From positions 640,001-704,000 of the forward strand of contig CAWHAE010000012.1 in the NCBI GenBank assembly GCA_963827235.1: a stretch of DNA of 64,000 bases, read 5' to 3'. Both the position numbers and the translations under genes were made by a program. This document shows positions 9,924 to 18,200 of the stretch, piece after piece. This DNA comes from an uncultured bacterium (GTDB lineage Bacteria > Chloroflexota > UBA5177 > JANWHV01). Position 1 is the stretch's first letter; every line of letters starts with the position of its first letter. The notes below the pieces were generated by a model. It saw only the letters and a program-made list of their open reading frames with translations, searched no databases and was not told the DNA's origin.

Positions 9924-11273
9924 CTATTGGCCGGACGCGCTGTTAATCAGCGTGTTTTGCAGCGAGTGCAGAATGCTGGCGGGAGTGCCCTGGCCATGCA
10001 GTGCGGCGGCCTCCGCGTTCTGGATGTCGGTATCCATCTCACCCGCGTAGCCGACGCGCGGAAACACGTGCGCGTTCGGTCCGTTCGCGATATCAACAAA
10101 TGTCTTGAAGCGCGGATCCTTGCTGATCGCGGATGCCGGAATGTCCTTCAGCTGCGACAGGTTGAACACGCGTGGCGCCATGTAGAGGGTCACGCTCGGA
10201 TCGGTGGACTGGTATTGCAGAAACTCGAACGCCTCCTGCTTGTGCTTCGAGCCGCTGGGGATGACCTGCGGGTCGTTGTCAAGGAATGAGGTGCCGGTGT
10301 AGCGTGAGAGGCCCTGCGGTGCCGGGAAGGGCGCTACGCCGATCTTGGGCTCGAACGCGGGCGGGGCAAAGTCCAGCCACCATTCGCCGTCATATGCCAT
10401 GGCCAGCTTGCCCGAGGCGAAGATGTCGTTGCTGAGATAGGCGCCGGCACTCTTGACGAAGTTGTCGACATTGCGGGCGCCGTACTTGGAGTAGAACTGC
10501 GTTTCCCATGTCAACGCCTTGATGTTCTGCGGCACGTCGGCGGTCGGCTGCTGTGTCTTGGCATTGAACCAGTCGCCTCCGTACAACCAGCCATAGTCCA
10601 CGAGGTTGACGGCCTGTCCGTTGGCCCCTCCCGGCCAGTCCGGAATGAAGCCCATCTGCTCGATCTTGCCGTCCTTGTCCTGCTTGGTCAGCTTGAAAGC
10701 ATCTGCCGTGAGCTCCTCGAGAGTGGTCGGCGCGTGGCTTATGCCGGCCTTTTTGAACAGGTCTGTGTTGTAGATCAGGGCGTGATTGAAGTCCATGAAC
10801 GGAAGCCCATAGACATGGCCGTTGTAGGTGTCCACTTCCAAGCTCTTGGGCACAAAGACGCCGAGGTTGACATGTGCGGCTTTGATGTAGGGATCGAGGT
10901 TCGTGAGCGCTCCTTTTGAGGCCATTTCGGGGAGAAACTGGCCGAGACCAAAGTCTACGATGTCGGGCGGCTGTCCGCCCTGCATGGCCGCGATGATCTT
11001 GGTCGTGTCGGCGACCACCGACTCCTTGATCACGATGTTTGGATGCAGCTTCTCGAACCGGCTGATGATCACCTGCAGGTATTTCTCCTGAACGCCGATC
11101 CACTGGTTGTAGAAGACTAGCGTCACCTTGTCGGCGTGCGAGGATTGCGCGCGCACCGCCGCGGCGCTTGCCGGCAGCAGCAGGAGCACGCAGAGCGAGG
11201 CTGCCAAGATGGGGCGGATGAACCGGCGGCAACTAGGCGTGGACAGACGACCGGGCAGATCCTGTTTTCGCAT
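9924..11273 (-). CDS. sugar ABC transporter substrate-binding protein
   Basis: Signal peptide; PPDIV, YNGHVYGLP, LIYNTDLFKKAGI..PTT, FASGKLAM. Confidence 0.92.
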   Translation of the reverse strand: MRKQDLPGRLSTPSCRRFIRPILAASLCVLLLLPASAAAVRAQSSHADKVTLVFYNQWIGVQEKYLQVIISRFEKLHPNIVIKESVVADTTKIIAAMQGGQPPDIVDFGLGQFLPEMASKGALTNLDPYIKAAHVNLGVFVPKSLEVDTYNGHVYGLPFMDFNHALIYNTDLFKKAGISHAPTTLEELTADAFKLTKQDKDGKIEQMGFIPDWPGGANGQAVNLVDYGWLYGGDWFNAKTQQPTADVPQNIKALTWETQFYSKYGARNVDNFVKSAGAYLSNDIFASGKLAMAYDGEWWLDFAPPAFEPKIGVAPFPAPQGLSRYTGTSFLDNDPQVIPSGSKHKQEAFEFLQYQSTDPSVTLYMAPRVFNLSQLKDIPASAISKDPRFKTFVDIANGPNAHVFPRVGYAGEMDTDIQNAEAAALHGQGTPASILHSLQNTLINSASGQ

Positions 11274-11312
11274 ATCTCAATCCCCACGACTCGAAAAAAG
11301 ACCCATGCGACC

Positions 11313-11341
11313 ACTATAGGTGGGAATTTTCCCACTGTCAA
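11313..11341 (-). promoter_or_regulatory. sigma70 promoter of the sugar operon with a palindromic operator in the spacer
   Basis: Minus strand TTGACA-17 nt-TATAGT; spacer contains GTGGGAA-AA-TTCCCAC. Confidence 0.8.
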
Positions 11342-11710
11342 CAGCTGTGCAAAAAATACCCACCATCCTGCACCCGCACCGGTGTCGACAGCCTGTACCA
11401 TGACCGCAAGCCGGGTGGACTGCTGCCGGCAGCCGGTTGGTCCACAGCGGACTTGCTGGGAGAGAAACAGGGTCAGGCCTGAGCACGCATGGGCTTCCGC
11501 CCAGGATTGACGGCACCGGCAACGTGAACTCCGGAGGCTCGCGCGCTTCGACGTTGTGTATCGGGTCCGGGCTCGAGCGCAACGGGCTCCACGGCACAGG
11601 CTGCCGGGCGACGATGTCATCCGGCCGGTTGAGGGTGCGACAGTGCTTCTGCTGGAGGCAGGCTGGTCGCGCACCGGCCGGCCCTGGGACAGTGGATAGG
11701 GATGCGCAGG

Positions 11711-12670
11711 ATGAAGCACGCTATCGGGCTCGATCTGGGAGGAAGCAGCGCCAAGGTGGCGGTCGTCGAGGACACGGGCATTATTGTCGCGGAGAACACG
11801 GTACCGATCCGGGAGGAGCAGGATGCGGTTTCCGTGCTGGAGCCCGTAGCTGCCATCGTCGATCAAATGCTGGCCAGACAGGCCGGCGACGGCCACCCTA
11901 TAGACGCCGTCGGTTGCGGCTTCTCCGGCTATCTCGACGACACGCACACCGTCGTCGAGCTGAACAATACGCCGGCATTCAACGGCTTTGCCCTGGGAAC
12001 TTGGTTGGCCGAGCGCTGGAAGCTTCCCGTGGTTCTCGATAACGACGCCTGCGTGGCCGCCTATGCCGAGGTGAGGCATCTGCAGGAGGCAAGCGCGCAC
12101 CGGGTGCTGTTCGTCACCGTGGGATCGGGAATCGGCACGGTGCTGGTGGCCGGCGGGGAGATCGTGCGCGTGATGAAGGGCGTCACCGGGGACTCCAGCC
12201 ACCTGATCGTCGACCACGGCAGCGCAGTACGCTGCCCGTACGGCTGCCGTGGCTGCCTGGAAACCGTGGCCTCGGCACGGGCCATTGAGCGCGCAGGCGT
12301 GGCGGCGGCGCGCGACGGCTCCTCGGCCATCCTGGCCCGGCGATCGGCCGACGGCTATGAGATCACCGGACTGGAGGTATCGAGGGCTGCGGCAGCGGGC
12401 GACGCCTCGGCGCAGCGTATCCTCGCGCTCGCGGGTGAATGGCTCGGCGTGGGTCTGGCCAGCCTGGCCTGCGTGTATGCGCCGGACCTTGTTATCCTCG
12501 GCGGGGCGGTGTCGCAAGCTGGCGAGACGTGGTTGCAGAGTGCGAGAACGGCCATGCTGCGGACTGGGTCGCCCTATTGCAGCGACAAGCTGAGCGTCGT
12601 GCGTGCAGCACTGGGCAACCACGCCGGCGTGATCGGCGCCGCGTTGATGGCACTTCAGCCACCCGGCTGA
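11711..12670 (+). CDS. ROK family sugar kinase
   Basis: IGLDLGGS, LDNDA, VTVGSGIG, variant Cys motif CPYGCRGCLE, ILGGAV, AGVIGAA. Confidence 0.9.
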   Translation: MKHAIGLDLGGSSAKVAVVEDTGIIVAENTVPIREEQDAVSVLEPVAAIVDQMLARQAGDGHPIDAVGCGFSGYLDDTHTVVELNNTPAFNGFALGTWLAERWKLPVVLDNDACVAAYAEVRHLQEASAHRVLFVTVGSGIGTVLVAGGEIVRVMKGVTGDSSHLIVDHGSAVRCPYGCRGCLETVASARAIERAGVAAARDGSSAILARRSADGYEITGLEVSRAAAAGDASAQRILALAGEWLGVGLASLACVYAPDLVILGGAVSQAGETWLQSARTAMLRTGSPYCSDKLSVVRAALGNHAGVIGAALMALQPPG

Positions 12671-12696
12671 AGGCGACCCGAGCGGAATACCACGTG

Positions 12697-12730
12697 GGGG
12701 GCGGGCAAGCAGCAGCGCATGCCCGCCCCC
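12697..12730. terminator. stem-loop between convergent ROK and MCP genes
   Basis: GGGGGCGGGCA ... TGCCCGCCCCC 11-bp inverted repeat. Confidence 0.6.
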
Positions 12731-12744
12731 GCAGGATCGGCTGC

Positions 12745-14811
12745 TCAGGCGGCGCGGATGGCGTGAACGCCCTGTCTGGTTCCACCCTGCGGCGCGCCGC
12801 CTGACTGCTCGAGCTTGAAGTGCTCGACCATCTCTTGCAGCCCGGCCGCCAGTGCCGCTAGTTCCTGCGCTCCGGCACTCATCTCTTCCACGCTGGCCGT
12901 TTGCTCCTCCGTGGAAGCACTCACCTCTTCCGCGCCGGCCGCGCTCTGCTCGGTCACCGCCGCGATGCTGTCCACAGCGCGGCTGACCTGTGCGGCGCGC
13001 TCTTCCATCAGCTTGGCAGCCAGCCCCATCTTCTCGGAAATGGTGTTCCGCTGTGTGCCCAGCTCGCCCATAGTATTCACATTGCCGGCCAGCGCTTCGG
13101 TTACCGAGGCGATGTGCGTGACCTGCTCCAGGGTACCCTCGACTACCGTGACGATGCTCTGCAGCGTCGCTCGCGTGTTGTCGCCCAGCGAAGCACTCTG
13201 CTCCACCGCAGCAGTTGCCTGCTGCATGGCCGCCACGACTTCCGACACCTGTTGCTGGATGCTGGCGATGCGCTGCGAGATCTCCTTCGTCTCGTTACTG
13301 GAGCGCTCGGCTAGCTTGCGCACCTCGGCCGCCACCACAGTGAAGCCCTTGCCGTGCTCGCCGGCCCGAGCCGCTTCGATGGCCGCGTTGAGCGCCAACA
13401 GGTTGGTCTGGGAGGCAATGTCGTCGATGGCCTCCACGATCTGGCTGATCTCGGCACTCTGCTGGCCGAGCGCCGCTACCTGGCCGGCGCTCTGATGCAC
13501 CGCTTGTCGCGCGGCAGCGATCGTATCGAGGGTCGAGCCGACCACGGTACCGCCTTCGCGTGCCGTGGCGGTCGCCTTCTCCGCCGCCTGCGTAACCTGC
13601 GCCAGGCTGCGCCTGGCCGCGTCCAGCGAAGTGGACGCGTCGATCATGGACTGGCGAACCGAGGCGCCGATCACCTGCTCTTGATCGACACCGTGCGACA
13701 CGTCACGGATGGCCTCGCCGAGCTCGGACACGCGGTGGATGATCTCCGTGGCCTCTCTGCTCTGCTCGCTGGTGCCGCGCGCCACCTCCTCTATGGCACG
13801 TGCGATTTGCTGGCTGGCTTGACCGATCTGTTGCGTGGCCTGGGCCAGTTGGCTGGAGCCGCCCTGCACCTGTTGCGAGGTGTGCGTTACCTGCCCGATC
13901 AGCTCCTGGAGCGACAAGCGGGCCTTGTCGTAGGAGGCCATGACACCGCGAATCTTGGTAAACACGTGGCGCGCCGCTTCCGCGGCACGGCCGATCTCGT
14001 CCTTACTCTGATATCTTGGCGGCTTCGCTCCCCCGAGGGCCACCACGGTGAGATCGCCGTTGGCCAGGGCTTCCATGCCGGCGTCAAGGTCCGTCAGACC
14101 TTTGCGCACGTAGTCCTCCAGTGATTCGACTATCTCAGAGAGCGGACGGGCGAATGACCGGGCGACTACGAGGGCAAGGCCGATCGCCAACAACACCGTG
14201 CCGGCGATTACCAGCAGGAGTTGCCAGACCGCACTATCGTAGCTCCTGTCGGCAGCGTTACCGGTATCGCGCACCTCGGCTCGCAGGGTCTGCTGGAGCC
14301 AGTCGAGGTTGGCGAACAGTTGCTGAGTAACTGTGTTCTCCGCGCCGACCGAGATCTGATCCGATTGGCTGTTGGCGGTCTCACTCGACTGAGCACCCAG
14401 ACTGGCCGCACGCTGGTCGAGCGACACCCATTGTTGCAGCAGTGCCTGCGTCTGAACCGCGCGATGATACTCTTCCGAGGACCGGTCACCGATGCCGGCG
14501 AAGTAGGCTTTGAACTGGGCCTCCGCATCCTGCCGGGAGGCCCGTGCGGTAGACGCGAATTCTGCGATCTGCGTCTTGTTCTGAGTCTGGCCGATAGCGC
14601 GGGTGTTGCTAAGCCCTTTCTGGACGTCGCTCTGGATCGTGAGTGCCTGTACGAGGCTCGGCACCGAGTCGCCGGTCACGACATCGGCAGAGTTGTGCAG
14701 CGTTCCCAGCGCATTGACGCCGACACCGCCAACCACCACAGCCAGCAGTGCCACTGCCATGAAGCTTCCGATCAACTTTGGACCGACTCGCAGGTTCCGA
14801 AACCACGCCAT
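12745..14811 (-). CDS. methyl-accepting chemotaxis protein (four-helix sensor, HAMP, signalling domain)
   Basis: [40 protein letters not shown]; two TM helices; GAAAGGA RBS before ATG 14811. Confidence 0.95.
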   Translation of the reverse strand: MAWFRNLRVGPKLIGSFMAVALLAVVVGGVGVNALGTLHNSADVVTGDSVPSLVQALTIQSDVQKGLSNTRAIGQTQNKTQIAEFASTARASRQDAEAQFKAYFAGIGDRSSEEYHRAVQTQALLQQWVSLDQRAASLGAQSSETANSQSDQISVGAENTVTQQLFANLDWLQQTLRAEVRDTGNAADRSYDSAVWQLLLVIAGTVLLAIGLALVVARSFARPLSEIVESLEDYVRKGLTDLDAGMEALANGDLTVVALGGAKPPRYQSKDEIGRAAEAARHVFTKIRGVMASYDKARLSLQELIGQVTHTSQQVQGGSSQLAQATQQIGQASQQIARAIEEVARGTSEQSREATEIIHRVSELGEAIRDVSHGVDQEQVIGASVRQSMIDASTSLDAARRSLAQVTQAAEKATATAREGGTVVGSTLDTIAAARQAVHQSAGQVAALGQQSAEISQIVEAIDDIASQTNLLALNAAIEAARAGEHGKGFTVVAAEVRKLAERSSNETKEISQRIASIQQQVSEVVAAMQQATAAVEQSASLGDNTRATLQSIVTVVEGTLEQVTHIASVTEALAGNVNTMGELGTQRNTISEKMGLAAKLMEERAAQVSRAVDSIAAVTEQSAAGAEEVSASTEEQTASVEEMSAGAQELAALAAGLQEMVEHFKLEQSGGAPQGGTRQGVHAIRAA

Positions 14812-15290
14812 TGTGTGCGTCCTTTCTAGTTCGCCGCCCTGTCGTCTGGCCGGCAGAATGCTGTGTCGGCCCGCGATGCCGTGGCGCCGGCGCGCCAATC
14901 CGCCCCTCCTCAACCCGGCACGGACACGGGCCGCGAACCGCAGTCAGTGCTACCAGACCGACCGGCCCGCCCCGTGCTGGTCTGATAGCACATCTGCAAC
15001 CGAGCAGTCGCGTTTGAGCGTTTTGGGGTTCTATGATTATTATCGTCCAGCCTGGGCGGATGGCGAGATACCACTTTGTAGGGGCACGAACGGGGGGAAA
15101 AACGACGAAATCACACAATCGATCTGGCTGAGTTGAGTATCTGGGGGATTGAGCGGCCGCCGAGCCTGCTGTATGATTGGCGCACAGCAGGCGTTTCCCA
15201 AGCGTGTGCGGAACTGCGTCGCAACACGTCTGTAGCGGACGGTGCGCCGGCAACCGAGGTACGGCAGGCGGCTGGAATGACAGGTGCTCC

Positions 15291-18200
15291 ATGGCAGGGG
15301 AATATCTCACAACCGGTCAAGCGGCACGGGTTCTCGGTGTATCGAAAGGAACGATCCTCAACGCCGTCGAGGCCGGTGAGCTCCGAGCGACCTATCGCAT
15401 GCCGGGCGGAGCGTACCGCTTCCAGGCACCCGACGTGGAACGTTATGCGCAGTGGCGGGTGGTCAGGCACCAGGTTGAGGAGCAGACGCGCGCGGCCGTG
15501 AGGACACGGGCGCAACAGGCGGCTGCAGTCGCCGGCGCGTCCATGGAATCCCTGGTGGAGCAGCCCGCAACCGCGACCACCGAGGGTGACGCGAGCACGG
15601 AGGTCGGCGACACTCTCGCCCTCCTGGCCGATAGCCTTCAGGTCGGCGCAACCCTTGTAGCGCGCAACGAAGGCGGCTCCTGGCCGGTTGTGTACGCCTA
15701 CGATCGCGCCGGTATGGGCGTGCGCGCGGGCGCGCCGCTTCCCTGGTCGGAGGTATTCGCCGTCGCACTCGGCGGTGGTCCTATGGCTTCGCTGATCGTG
15801 GAGGACGTGCGCACAGATGCGCGTCTGACCTCGCGTGGAGATTTGCCGCACTGGGGCGTTGGGACGGTGACGGCGGTGCCGCTGCACCGTGCCGGCGGGC
15901 AGATGTACGGCGCGCTGTGCACCCTGCATCCCTCGCCGCGGGCCGTGCCGGGTGGCGAGCTGTCGATGCTGCGGCTGGCCGGTCGCATGGTCGTGCAGGC
16001 TGTGGAAGCGTCGGCCCTGCGCGAGCGGGAGCGCCGGGCCGCGCTGCGGGCGTCGCAGCTGGCGGCGATCGTGGAACAATCGGACGACGCGATATTCCGC
16101 ATGTCGTCGTCCGGCGTGATCGAGACCTGGAATGCTGGCGCAGCCAGGCTCTTCGGCTACACCGCGGACGAGGCTATAGGCCAGGGTATCGCTATGCTCG
16201 CGCCCGCCGACCGTGCGGATGAGCAACCCAGCATGCTGCGGCAGCTCATGCGGGGTCAGGATGTGGCGGACTTGGAGACGGTTCGGCTGCGCAAGGACGG
16301 GAGCGCGGTTCGCGTGTCGCTGACCATATCAGGAATGCGGGACGCGGCCGGCGGGCTGATCGGCGGGTCGGCGATTGCCCGCGATATCAGCGACCGCGCC
16401 CGTGCGCACCAGGCAACGGAGGAGCTGGCGCGGCTGCACCGCGAGCAGGCGGAGGAGGCAGAGGCCGTGGCAGCTGTGGGTGCCGCCCTGTCCGGCTCGC
16501 TGGAGCTACACGAGGTCTATGCGCAGATACTCGACCAGGCGCACAGGCTGCTGCCCTATGATGTTGCCGGCGTGGTGCAATACGAAGGCGAATGGGCGGT
16601 CATCGCGGCCAGCGCGGGCTCGCTGCCTGCGCGCGCCGGTACGCGCTACTACCGGCGGCCCGAGAGCCACCACCTGTGGCGAGTGGGCACCGGGGCAACC
16701 ACCTACGTGCCGGATACCGTGCAAGAGCCGGGCTGGCAGGGCATCGAGCCGGCGGTCGCGGCGCTTGGGCTGCGCAGCGTCGTCCATGTGCCGCTGGTGC
16801 TCGGCGGCGGTCCGGCCGGCTCCCTGGCCGTGGCCAGCCTGCGCCCCAACGCCTACACGGAGCGGCAGATCCGCATGGCGGTCAGGCTCGGCGAGTATGC
16901 GTCGCGGGCCTTGGGCAGCGCGCAGCTCTATGCCAGCGAACAGGCACGCGCGCGGGCCGCCGAGGAGCTGGTGCGGCAGCGCGATGCGAGCGCGGATGCG
17001 CTGCGCACGTTGTCTATGGCGATCGAGCAGAACCCGGCGAGCGTAATCATCACCGATCCTGCCGAACGGATCGAATACGTCAACCCGAAGTTCTGCCACC
17101 TTACGGGGTACGGCGCGGCGGAGGTGGTGGGCAGAAACGCTCGCGATGTGTGGTCCGATCTCAATATGCAGGATGCCTATAGCTCGCTGCTGCAGGCGGC
17201 CACTGCCGGCGACTCCTGGACCGGCATGCTGCGGGTGGAGGGCGTGGATGGCGACACGCGCTGGGAGCGCGTGTCGCTCTCGCCGATCCGGGACGCGGGC
17301 GGCACCGTGAGCCACTTCGTGGTGGTGGCAGAGAATGTGACGGACCGGCAGCAGGCGGAGGTGGCACTGCAGCAGAGCGAGGCGCTGTTCCGAAGCTTGT
17401 ACGAGCACACGCCGGTGGGTGTCGCGCTGGTCGGCCTGGACGGACGCTGTCTGATGGTCAATGCCAGTCTGCAGCGCATCCTTGGCTACGAGGAAGCCGA
17501 GCTGCAAGGCAAGCACTTCACGGAATACGCCCACGCGGACGACGCCGCGGCAGATGAGCAGTTATTCGCGGAGGTTGTAGCCGGCACACGGGACGCCTAT
17601 GCCCTGGAGAAGCGGTACATCAGGAAGGATGGGCAGACGGTGTGGGGCCAGCTCGGGGTGTCGGTCGCGCGAGACCAGGGCGGCGTGCCACGGCGCGTGG
17701 TGCTCACGCTGCTCGACCTGAGCGAGCGTCACGCCGCGGAGCAGCGGCTACGCCAGAGCGAGGAGCATTACCGGCAGATCGTCGAGACCGCGATGGAAGG
17801 TATCTTCCAGTCTGACGCCGAGGACCGTATGGTGTTCGGCAACCAGCGCGCGGCGGACATCATCGGCTATTCGCCGGAGGAGCTGCTCGGGATGCCGGCT
17901 GCTACGCTGAGCGATGCCGAAGATCAGAAGGCATACGCCGCCCGCGCGGCGGCGCGGCAGGCCGGTACCCTGCGAGCCACCCAGTTCGAGCGCACCGTGC
18001 GCCGCAAAGACGGGACATTGCGCTGGGTGCAGGTGTCGCTGGTGCCGCAGTTCGATGCGCAGGGCCGCTACGCCGGGATGTTCGGCATGGTCACCGACAT
18101 TCATCAACGCAAGCAGGCGGAGCAGGCGCTGCGCCGTAGCGAGGAACGCTACAGGCGGATCATCGAGACGGCGCAGGAAGGCGTGTGGCAGCTCGACTTC

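Noticed and set aside
11123-12622. 499-aa minus-strand ORF and many similar long ORFs (e.g. 40280-41668, 59101-60147, 62299-63060)
   Set aside because: Antisense or off-frame shadows of well-supported genes, expected at high GC
14812-15290. Possible riboswitch or sigma-28 promoter upstream of the MCP (GACGATAA)
   Set aside because: No recognisable aptamer consensus and no TAAA -35 at the right spacing
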